Shown: piece after piece, positions 1 to 7,649 of the stretch
Position numbering within the stretch: the first letter of the stretch is position 1
Layout of the letters: each line of letters begins with the position of its first letter
Source of the DNA: an uncultured archaeon
Lineage (GTDB): Archaea > Asgardarchaeota > Lokiarchaeia > Sigyniarchaeales > SOKP01
Reading direction: 5' to 3'
Length of the DNA stretch: 10,773 nt
NCBI GenBank assembly: GCA_964508365.1
Contig: CAZDTP010000092.1
Span: forward strand, 1 to 10,773
Notes under the pieces: generated by a model
The model's database searches: none
What the model saw: the letters and a program-made list of their open reading frames with translations, nothing else
What the model was told of the DNA's origin: nothing
Made by a program: the position numbers and the translations under genes

Positions 1-171
1 CGTTTCTTATACTCTAAGAGCCATCTTATTAAAATATTTAATCACTTTACTTCTATTGGAGTTTTAATAAGTTATTTGCGATTATTTATTTTTATATAAA
101 ATGTATAAATTAAAATAAAAGTTCTAAAATTAGTTATTCAATACGAATTAAAAAGGATTAAGATTCCAATC

Positions 172-1026
172 TTGTCATTTAGTCGCGATAACATAAAACT
201 TGAAGAAAGTGACATTGAATTTGCATTACAGTCATTAGGATTTACGAAAAACGATTCAAAAGTTTTGTTAGCTCTTGCAAAATATAATATATTGAGTCCA
301 GCAGATATAGCAAAATTTTCTGATGTTGATCGTGCTAGGGTATATGATAGTCTTAATCGATTAATTGAAAAAGGATTTATCCAAAAAGAACCAGTAAAAA
401 GGGGTGCAAATTACCAAGTGATCCCCCTTACTAGGATTTTTAAAACGATTAGAGAGGAATATAAAAAAAAAATTGACGATACTCTAACTATTGAGAAAGC
501 AATTGCTGAATTGGAAATTGATACGGAAGAAATCGAGCCAAGGGTATGGGCGATTAATTCAAGAGAAAAAATTAGAAAGAAAATAAAAGATTTAATTAGT
601 ACGTCTCAAAACCGAATATATTTCATAATTACGCCTGATTTGTTGATTAAAGAATTAGGTGGTCACGAGTGGATATTAAAAGAAATTTGGAGTAAAAAGT
701 TCTCATTAGATATGGAAATCGTAATTGCCTTGAAATATTTCGAAGAACTTAAGGAAGAAGTCAAAAAATTATTAAAAATTTCAGTAAAAATCCATTCAAT
801 TGAGGGAGATAATGTCATTCCGTTCGGATTGTTAATCGCAGATAATGGATTTTTGTTAACTACTTTAGATCAGGTAAAAGAAGCTCCCGAATACACATCT
901 GGTTTATGGTTGGAAAATGGAAAACAGAATCAAATAGTAGGCTACGAGCATTTGTTTAGACATTTTATTAGCTCAGAAACGAAAGAAATACAGTTAACTC
1001 CAGTAAAATTACCATATCCTGTTTAA
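172..1026 (+). CDS. TrmB-family transcriptional regulator (N-terminal winged HTH, C-terminal putative effector-binding domain), 284 aa
   Basis: N-terminus LQSLGFTKNDSKVLLALAKYNILSPADIAKFSDVDRARVYDSLNRLIEKGFI fits the TrmB HTH pattern (LGL..YE..VY..L ... A++A..S.+.R..VY..L..L..KG.+). TTG start at 172, AGGA at 154-157, TAA stop. Exact start uncertain (in-frame ATC at 169). Confidence 0.88.
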   Translation: MSFSRDNIKLEESDIEFALQSLGFTKNDSKVLLALAKYNILSPADIAKFSDVDRARVYDSLNRLIEKGFIQKEPVKRGANYQVIPLTRIFKTIREEYKKKIDDTLTIEKAIAELEIDTEEIEPRVWAINSREKIRKKIKDLISTSQNRIYFIITPDLLIKELGGHEWILKEIWSKKFSLDMEIVIALKYFEELKEEVKKLLKISVKIHSIEGDNVIPFGLLIADNGFLLTTLDQVKEAPEYTSGLWLENGKQNQIVGYEHLFRHFISSETKEIQLTPVKLPYPV

Positions 1027-1201
1027 ATTATTTTAAATAAATCAAATCTTCAAACAAAAATTAAGCTAGGTTAATAGAATTAAAACGGAATAACAAAAAT
1101 AAAATTAAATTTAAATTAAAGTATTTAATGATAAACATATAGATAAAAAATCATGGGGATAAATACTACGTGGTATTATAATTGTTTAATAAAAACTAGA
1201 A

Positions 1202-1206
1202 GAGGT
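1202..1206 (+). promoter_or_regulatory. Shine-Dalgarno-like GAGGT upstream of the proposed ATT start of the GTPase
   Basis: GAGGT is a sub-string of the archaeal SD consensus GGAGGTGA and lies 9 nt before ATT at 1216. The same motif lies 11 nt before the mvhD ATG. Confidence 0.6.
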
Positions 1207-1215
1207 CGATAGGTA

Positions 1216-1773
1216 ATTTCATACCGTGGTAAAGTTATACTCTGTGGTAACCCAGCTGTAGGAAAAACAAGTTTGCTTGCCCGATATGTCGATGGCAAAT
1301 TTCAAGAGGATTCAGCGCCAACGATAGGTGCTAATTTCTTGATAAAAGAAATTGATTTAAGTAAGATTGTTGATAAGTTAAACTTAGATAAACCTGAACT
1401 AAAGCAGGATATAAAGGAAAAAGGATTTAAGTTGTATTTTTGGGATCTTGGAGGGCAACACGATAAATTATACAGCACGGAATACTATTTTGTTCAAGCT
1501 GTTGGAGCTATGATCGTTTTTAACTTAAACGATTTATCGACGTTCAATGATATAAATTTTTGGTTAACTAAATTAAAAGATTTAAGTGGGGATGTTCCTT
1601 ACATTCTAGTTGGAAACAAAAAAGACTTAGATAGAAATGTAGATAAATCGCTAGTTGAAGCAGAAGTAAAGAAACTAGGTATTCAATATTTTGAGACTTC
1701 TGCGAAACTTAATGAAAACGTTGATTTGGCTTTTGAAAGTTTATCTATTCAAATTTTAAATAATCTTAAATAA
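1216..1773 (+). CDS. Ras-superfamily (Rab-like) small GTPase, about 185 aa, probable non-canonical ATT start
   Basis: The reading frame extends upstream of the track start (1273) to include the P-loop: (M)SYRGKVILCGNPAVGKTSLLARY. Other motifs: G2 PTIG, G3 WDLGGQ, G4 NKKD, G5 ETSAK. An in-frame TAG lies at 1210-1212, and no ATG/GTG/TTG occurs between it and the P-loop. Confidence 0.9.
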   Translation: MSYRGKVILCGNPAVGKTSLLARYVDGKFQEDSAPTIGANFLIKEIDLSKIVDKLNLDKPELKQDIKEKGFKLYFWDLGGQHDKLYSTEYYFVQAVGAMIVFNLNDLSTFNDINFWLTKLKDLSGDVPYILVGNKKDLDRNVDKSLVEAEVKKLGIQYFETSAKLNENVDLAFESLSIQILNNLK

Positions 1774-1779
1774 TTTTTT
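1774..1779 (+). terminator. Possible archaeal oligo-T terminator after the GTPase
   Basis: T6 run immediately after the TAA stop. Weak evidence in an AT-rich genome. Confidence 0.3.
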
Positions 1780-1799
1780 AAAATACTAATTTTGGGATG

Positions 1800-1807
1800 T
1801 TTTAAAT
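1800..1807 (+). promoter_or_regulatory. Putative TATA box for a leaderless cofC transcript
   Basis: TTTTAAAT is centred about 27 nt upstream of the cofC ATG (1831), and there is no SD motif before the ATG. Confidence 0.3.
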
Positions 1808-1830
1808 TATAACTTTGCCTAAGTTTTATA

Positions 1831-2559
1831 ATGAGCGTTCTTTTAATTCCTATTGCTCCTTTATCAAGGACAAAATCTCGTCTTAGGGATTGTTTTCCAA
1901 AAGGATTACTCAAGGATTTAACTATAGCCATGTTTAAAGACTTGGCAAAAAAAGTCCAGAATGTTGATTTTTTCGACTATACGATAGTTTATTGTCATAA
2001 CGAAGAGATTTTAGAACTAGCAGAAGAGTTTGGATTAATTGGCATCAAAGAAAAACTCACTTCTCCACGTAAATCGTTTGATTTAGTAATTAATGACCTG
2101 AACAATATTGCAATTAAAGATTATAATGCGACTAGTACTATTTTTACTTTTTTGGATGTAATTTTAATATCCGAGAATAATTTAATGGAAATCAGTAATT
2201 TAACGAAATTAAACCAGCTTGTGGTTTGCCCTGCAATTCACTCCGCAGGAATCTCTATATTCGGAAGAAATCCTCCCGATGTTCTACCTACCCATTTTTC
2301 AAACCCAAGCATTCCTTCGTTTGTTGCCTTAATAAAAGATGCTCAAAACCGCAACTTAAAACTCTCAATATATGATTCTTTTCGAGCGGGATTCGATATT
2401 GATATTAAACAAGACTTATTGTTAGGATTCGAGTATCTTAAAATCTTCGAATTAACTGAAACTGAGACATTTAAATTTTTAAATACTAATTTGAAATTAG
2501 TACTACAGAAAAGAAGTATAAAGAATAACAGAGATTTTAAGATTAGTAAAATTAAATAA
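1831..2559 (+). CDS. cofC: CofC-like guanylyltransferase of coenzyme F420 biosynthesis (2-phospho-L-lactate/PEP guanylyltransferase family), 242 aa
   Basis: N-terminal LLIPIAPLSRTKSRL matches CofC (++P+K.+..AKSRL), followed by LTIAMFKDL (AM+.D+). C-terminal GFDIDIKQDL matches the D+D...DL motif. Confidence 0.8.
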   Translation: MSVLLIPIAPLSRTKSRLRDCFPKGLLKDLTIAMFKDLAKKVQNVDFFDYTIVYCHNEEILELAEEFGLIGIKEKLTSPRKSFDLVINDLNNIAIKDYNATSTIFTFLDVILISENNLMEISNLTKLNQLVVCPAIHSAGISIFGRNPPDVLPTHFSNPSIPSFVALIKDAQNRNLKLSIYDSFRAGFDIDIKQDLLLGFEYLKIFELTETETFKFLNTNLKLVLQKRSIKNNRDFKISKIK

Positions 2560-2566
2560 TTTTTTA

Positions 2567-3799
2567 TTAGAAATTAAAAGTAATATTTAATTTAACTTCC
2601 TGATTTATAGCATCCTTTATTGACTTTTGGACCCCCTCTCTTTCATTTTTAAGAGAAGATAAGTATCTTAGATAATCCTTGTTTTTTCTATCAAGATCGT
2701 TTTCTAAATGCTCTAATTTTGCGGTATTCAACGAAATTTTATGTTTAATTTCTTCTCTCTTGACTGCTAATCCTTCATGTTCTATCTTATTTTTCATATC
2801 GTTAATTTCAGAGCGGATTATTTTGATATTGTCTATTTCATTTTGAATGGTCTTCTCGTCGAAAATAGCGTTAATTTGTTGAATTGTTTTATCTTTTACA
2901 TCAGATTTAAGGTTAAGTTTATTATCTTCTAATATATGCCGTAATTGGATGAGTAATGCTGAAAATTTAGGTAGTTCTCTACTTTCATTAACTAAAGAAT
3001 TAATTGGGTTCTTTAAAAAGTCTCTTAAGAAATAAATATTAATGTTTGGATTCTTAATTGTATCTTTTTCTAGTTCAAATTTCAACTTTTTAAGAGCTTT
3101 TTTAAATCCGAACTGATTGTTAATATTCATTCTTAAATGACCTAACTTAGCTTCTAGCTGATCTAATTCTTTAAAAAACTCATTTTTTTCGATTTTTTTG
3201 AGTGCTTCTGTTAAATTTTCTTGCTCCGCTTGTCTATCTTCTAACTCTTTTTCGAACGACTCTAAGTCAGATTTAGCATTTTCAATATTTTCTTTCAGAG
3301 CAAACAATTTCGGTATTTTTTTTAATAGATATTCTGCATCCTTTACATCCGTATATTTTTTTCTTAGAAATACGTCTAAAATCTTTTGCTTGTTACCTAA
3401 TTTGCGCGTGATATAACTCAATTCTTTAATTTCTGACTGTAACTCTTTTTGAAATTTAGGGATGGATTTTTTTGCTATGTCGTTGATGCTAGTAAACAGT
3501 TTTTTAATCGAGTTTAAGAGATTATACAGAGCATCATATGTGATATCTTCTTCAGGTACTCCAACCTCATCGATTTCCTTTCTTATTTTATCAGAAAAGA
3601 AGTGTAAAGATTTAAGAGCTTTTTCATCTATTTTTCCTTCTCCAGCTTCTATAAAATGATCTGTACAGACCTTAATTTCAAGTAAGCTCTCTTTGATATC
3701 AGATAATTGCTTTTTAACAGCTTTTTTTACCTTAAAAAACTGTGATTCAAGCTGTTCTTTGTAATAATCTTCAAATTCTTCTAATGAAATTTCAATCAT
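2567..3799 (-). CDS. Hypothetical long alpha-helical/coiled-coil protein, 410 aa
   Basis: Long uninterrupted ORF with ATG start, 17 nt downstream of the serS stop. K/E/L-rich heptad-like segments at about aa 160-230 and 320-395. No catalytic motif recognised. Confidence 0.85.
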   Translation of the reverse strand: MIEISLEEFEDYYKEQLESQFFKVKKAVKKQLSDIKESLLEIKVCTDHFIEAGEGKIDEKALKSLHFFSDKIRKEIDEVGVPEEDITYDALYNLLNSIKKLFTSINDIAKKSIPKFQKELQSEIKELSYITRKLGNKQKILDVFLRKKYTDVKDAEYLLKKIPKLFALKENIENAKSDLESFEKELEDRQAEQENLTEALKKIEKNEFFKELDQLEAKLGHLRMNINNQFGFKKALKKLKFELEKDTIKNPNINIYFLRDFLKNPINSLVNESRELPKFSALLIQLRHILEDNKLNLKSDVKDKTIQQINAIFDEKTIQNEIDNIKIIRSEINDMKNKIEHEGLAVKREEIKHKISLNTAKLEHLENDLDRKNKDYLRYLSSLKNEREGVQKSIKDAINQEVKLNITFNF

Positions 3800-3816
3800 A
3801 TTTGATCAATTTTAAT

Positions 3817-5100
3817 TTATGAGTTTAAGACTTTTTTCCCATTCATATATTTTTGAAGGACTTTAGGTATAGATACTGTCCCATCTTTATTTTGAAAATT
3901 TTCTAAAATGCAACAAATTGTACGCTCTGTAGCAATCGCGGTGCAGTTAAGAGTATGTGCTATTTCTTTCTTTTGAGTAGAACCTACTTTACCGATACGT
4001 ACTTTTAACTTCCTCGCTTGATAATCTAAACAATTACTACAAGAAACTAGTTCTCGATAGTTACCCGTTGATGGGAACCACGCTTCGAGATCATACTTTT
4101 GAGCAGCGTTGTCGTTTAATTCACCAGATGCGATGTTAACAATTCGATATGGAATTTCTAACTCTCTAAAAAGTTCCTCTGCATTCGATATTAATTCATC
4201 AAACATTACCCAAGAGTTTTCAGGTTTACAAAAAATGTATTGCTCAACCTTTTCAAATTGGTGTACTCGAAATATACCCAGGGTATCTTTACCATGTGAA
4301 CCTGCTTCTCTCCTAAAGCAAGAGGAGACTCCTGCATATTTTAAGGGGAGTAGTTCGGGATCGATTATTTCATCGTAATGATATGCGGCTAGAGTCTGTT
4401 CTGAAGTAGCAATCATGAAAATATCTTCGTCATGAATTTTATATAATTGTTCCTCAAAATCTGCTAATTCTGCGGCAGCCTTCATTACTTCGTGTTTAAT
4501 AAAAAAAGGTGTCCATAAAGGTTCATACCCTTTACTAATTAATTTATCTAAAGCAAATCTAATAAGTGCCAAATTAAGTAAAACGATATCACCTTTTAAG
4601 TAATAAAATCGAGATCCTACGACCTCAGAAGCTTTCTTTGTGTCAGCGCCATTTATATCGTGAATAATATTAACATGGGAGGATGGTTTAAAGTCAAATT
4701 TGGGGATCTTACCATATTCCCTAATAATCGCGTTACTTTCTTCTGTTTCTCCAATTGGAACGGATTTATGTAAATCGTTTCCGATCATATATCTAAATTT
4801 TTCACGTTCCTCAAGGTAATCAATCTTTTTCTTTTCAAGTTCATCGATTGTTTCTTTAATTTGTTTTGAGTGAACTATAACATCAGTAGCTTCTTCCTCA
4901 TCTCCCGATTTCTTATATTCGCTAATTCGGTGGGAGAGTTCATTTCTTTCTTGTCTCAAGTCTTCTAGTTGTTGTAAGACACTTCTCCATAATTTATCAA
5001 ATTCCAAAACTTTTTCAGCGTTCTTTGGATCTTTGAACCTTTTTTCCTCAGTTTCAATAATTTTTTCCAGGTTAGTTCTAAATTCTTCGATGTCTCGCAA
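3817..5100 (-). CDS. serS: Seryl-tRNA synthetase (standard type, not methanogen-type), 427 aa
   Basis: N-terminal coiled-coil tRNA-binding arm, ATSEQ (TxE) motif, motif 2 FRREAGSHGKDTLGIFRVHQFEKVEQ, ELVSCSNCLDYQARKL, motif 3 HTLNCTAIATERT. TTG start (MRDIEEFRTN aligns with the usual MLDI...R.N). Confidence 0.97.
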   Translation of the reverse strand: MRDIEEFRTNLEKIIETEEKRFKDPKNAEKVLEFDKLWRSVLQQLEDLRQERNELSHRISEYKKSGDEEEATDVIVHSKQIKETIDELEKKKIDYLEEREKFRYMIGNDLHKSVPIGETEESNAIIREYGKIPKFDFKPSSHVNIIHDINGADTKKASEVVGSRFYYLKGDIVLLNLALIRFALDKLISKGYEPLWTPFFIKHEVMKAAAELADFEEQLYKIHDEDIFMIATSEQTLAAYHYDEIIDPELLPLKYAGVSSCFRREAGSHGKDTLGIFRVHQFEKVEQYIFCKPENSWVMFDELISNAEELFRELEIPYRIVNIASGELNDNAAQKYDLEAWFPSTGNYRELVSCSNCLDYQARKLKVRIGKVGSTQKKEIAHTLNCTAIATERTICCILENFQNKDGTVSIPKVLQKYMNGKKVLNS

Positions 5101-5201
5101 GATTTACTCTCTATATAAAATATAAAATTTCTAATTTCTATTATAAACAATCATTAAATTAATTTATGCAAATAATTTTTGCGTGTTAAGAAATAAAAGA
5201 A

Positions 5202-5387
5202 TTATTCATGGTGAATTCTTTCAGATATTGTTGACCTTAGATAGGCGACTTTTATTTTATCTTTATTATATCCTACTTTATCGATAATGCTCATAATTTT
5301 TATTCTCTTTGCTTTACCTTTCAAACCTTCCTCGGTCATAAATTCTTTAGCGAATTCTTCTTTTTTGTTTTCTTCTTGCTCCACCAT
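5202..5387 (-). CDS. Small hypothetical protein, 61 aa
   Basis: ATG start with AGGT 6 nt upstream, TAA stop and protein-like charged composition. It sits alone in an otherwise non-coding interval. Confidence 0.7.
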   Translation of the reverse strand: MVEQEENKKEEFAKEFMTEEGLKGKAKRIKIMSIIDKVGYNKDKIKVAYLRSTISERIHHE

Positions 5388-5620
5388 AATTAGACCTAAT
5401 GAAAAATCAATAAAAAACTTAATGTGATTAAAAACTTGAAGTAATATTCCTTGATTTAGAATTAAACATTTTTTTAAGTCAATAACAAATTTGATTAGAA
5501 ATTATCAAACCCTAACCAGAAAAAATAAATTAATTCAATAATTTCCAAACAAAATAGGTTTTATTAAATTTAGAAATAGAACTTAAAGCAATTAACTGTT
5601 TTGGTGATGTTGTAACTAAA

Positions 5621-5625
5621 GGTGA
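5621..5625 (+). promoter_or_regulatory. Shine-Dalgarno GGTGA for hdrA
   Basis: GGTGA lies 5 nt before TTG at 5631, which opens the frame encoding the HdrA N-terminal RIGVYVC motif. Confidence 0.75.
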
Positions 5626-5630
5626 ATTAA

Positions 5631-7628
5631 TTGTCTGAAAAACAGACCACTGATAAGATAAGAATTGGAGTTTATGTGTGTAGATGAGGTGTAAATATTG
5701 GAGCCCACCTTGATTGTGATGCTGTCAGAGATTTTGTTGAACCATTACCTAATGTTGTTATCGCTCGGACCAACAATTTCACTTGTAGCGATCCTGGACA
5801 ACAAATAATCAAAAATGACATTCTAGAACTAGATTTGAACCGAATAGTCGTAGCAGCTTGCACTCCTAAGATTCATGAACCTACTTATCGAGCTGTTTTA
5901 CAAGAAGCAGGTTTAAGCCCTTACTTCTTTGAAATGGTAAATCTTAGAGAGCACTGCTCGTTTGTTCATCAAGGTGATAAAACAAACGCAACCGAAAAAG
6001 CAAAACGATTAGTTCACGCCGGTATAAATAGAGCACGGGAATTAGAAAGTGTCCCTTACAAGGAAATACCTGTAGAAAGAGCTGCATTAGTTATAGGAGC
6101 GGGAATTGCCGGAATGAACGCAGCTTTAGACTTAGCGGAACACGGGATACAAGTCTATTTAGTTGAAAAACAAGCAACCGTTGGAGGTAAAATGGCACAG
6201 TTTGATAGGATTTACCCTACAGATGATTGTGGTATATGAGTTCTTGCCCCTATTATGGTTAACGCTTCAAAACATCCTAATATCAAACTTTTCACCTATA
6301 GCGACATTATCGAGTTTAGCGGTATCACGGGAGATTACAATGTTAAGATACGTAAAAATCCAAGGTATGTGAACGAAAGCAAGTGTACCGGATGTGGCTT
6401 ATGTACTACTAAATGTCCTATAAAAGTTCCTAATGAATTTTATAATGGGATTGGTGAAAGAGGTGCAATCTATATACCATTTCCTCAAGCAGTCCCAAAT
6501 TATGCTGTTATGGATAAAAGTGTGTGCATTGATTGTAAAAACTGCGAACGAGTTTGCCCCGCAGAAGCAATAGAATTTGAACAAGTACCCGAAATTGTTG
6601 AGGTTAAGGTAGGGGCTGTTATCGTTGCTACAGGATTCGATGAATATCCAATTATTGAGACTAATGAATACAATTATGGCATTTCTCCAAATGTTATTAC
6701 TCAGATCGAAATAGAGAGTATGCTTAGCCCAATCGGTCCAACTGGAGGACACATATATAGAATCTCAGATGGAAAAACACCTAAAACTGTTGTGATGATA
6801 CAATGCGTTGGTTCTAGATCGCTAAAAGCGAATCCTTATTGTTCATTTGTGTGCTGCAGTGTTGCTCTTAAAAATGCTCAATTACTAAAACAAGAGTATC
6901 CCGAAATGGATGTTGTAATATTCTATATAGACATTAGGACTACTGATAAGGGCAACGAGGAATATTATAGAAAAATTAGAGACGCTGATGTTAGAATGAT
7001 ACGAGGAAAAGTAGGTGAAATAACCGAGGACAAAGATAATAATTTAATAGTACGCGCTTATTCCTCTTTAACGGGGGAACTTATTAAGATTAAAGCTGAT
7101 TTGGTAGTATTATCTACTGGAATGAATCCTTCAAGAGGGACTATGGAAGCCATTGAAGTTTTAGGTTTAAGTAAAGGTCCAAATGGATTTTTAACTGAAA
7201 TTCATGGTTGTTTGAAGCCGCAAGAAACAAATAATCTTGGGATTTATATTTGCGGATGCGCAGCAGGACCCAAAAACATCCCATATTCCGTTTCTACAGC
7301 CCTAGCTGCTGCTAGCAAAGCTGCTGCCTTACTTTCTCATAAAACCATTATTCAAGAATTAATCATTGCTGAAGTCAATGAGACTTTGTGTTTAGGATGT
7401 CATAGATGTGAAAAACTATGCGAATATCAAGCAATAAGCATAGATGACGGAATTGCTCATGTTGATGAATTGAAATGTAAGGGATGCGGAGTTTGTATAT
7501 CATCCTGCCCAGCAAGAGCGATCGATCTTAAATATTATCGAGATAGGCAATTCGAAGCTGAAATCAAAGGAATCGGAATGAGCGAAATAGACAGTATTCA
7601 AAAAGAATCAACTAAAATAGAAAACTAA
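5631..7628 (+). CDS. hdrA: Heterodisulfide reductase subunit A (FAD, multiple [4Fe-4S]), 665 aa, probable selenoprotein with two in-frame UGA (codon 19 at 5685-5687 and codon 203 at 6237-6239)
   Basis: Track ORFs 5835-6239 and 6255-7628 are in the same frame as the TTG at 5631. Read-through gives MSEKQTTDKIRIGVYVCR-U-GVNIGAHLD...CSDPGQ...VVAACTP...NLREHCSFVH...GAGIAG (FAD)...YPTDDCGI-U-VLAPIMVNASKHPNI. It continues with two CxxCxxCxxxC, then QCVGSR...YCSFVCCSVALK, then two C-terminal ferredoxin motifs. Both TGA align with conserved Cys (CHCG and DCxxC+L.P). Confidence 0.93.
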
Positions 7629-7633
7629 AAAAT

Positions 7634-7638
7634 GAGGT
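7634..7638 (+). promoter_or_regulatory. Shine-Dalgarno GAGGT for mvhD
   Basis: Located in the 21-nt hdrA-mvhD gap, 11 nt before ATG 7650. Confidence 0.65.
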
Positions 7639-7649
7639 AGCTTTAATCA

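Noticed and set aside
1-30. Possible start of a divergent gene at the left edge (ATG at 24 on the minus strand)
   Set aside because: That frame stops after five codons (ATG GCT CTT AGA GTA TAA), and too little sequence is available to support another frame.
1101-1120. A/T-only quasi-palindromes and short repeats (AAATTAAATTTAAATTAAA) in intergenic DNA
   Set aside because: Expected by chance at this AT content, with no repeat-spacer periodicity, so not a CRISPR array or mobile-element end.
1153-1212. 19-codon upstream ORF in frame with the GTPase, implying UAG read-through (pyrrolysine-like)
   Set aside because: The peptide is not protein-like, overlaps probable promoter elements and lacks an SD. 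No pyl genes are in view. ATT at 1216 with an SD gives a normal N-terminus. Not formally excluded.
5835-7628. hdrA as two separate genes or a nonsense-mutated pseudogene (track ORFs 5835-6239 and 6255-7628)
   Set aside because: The fragments are in one frame, both interruptions are TGA exactly at conserved Cys in a known selenoprotein family, and all other motifs are intact.
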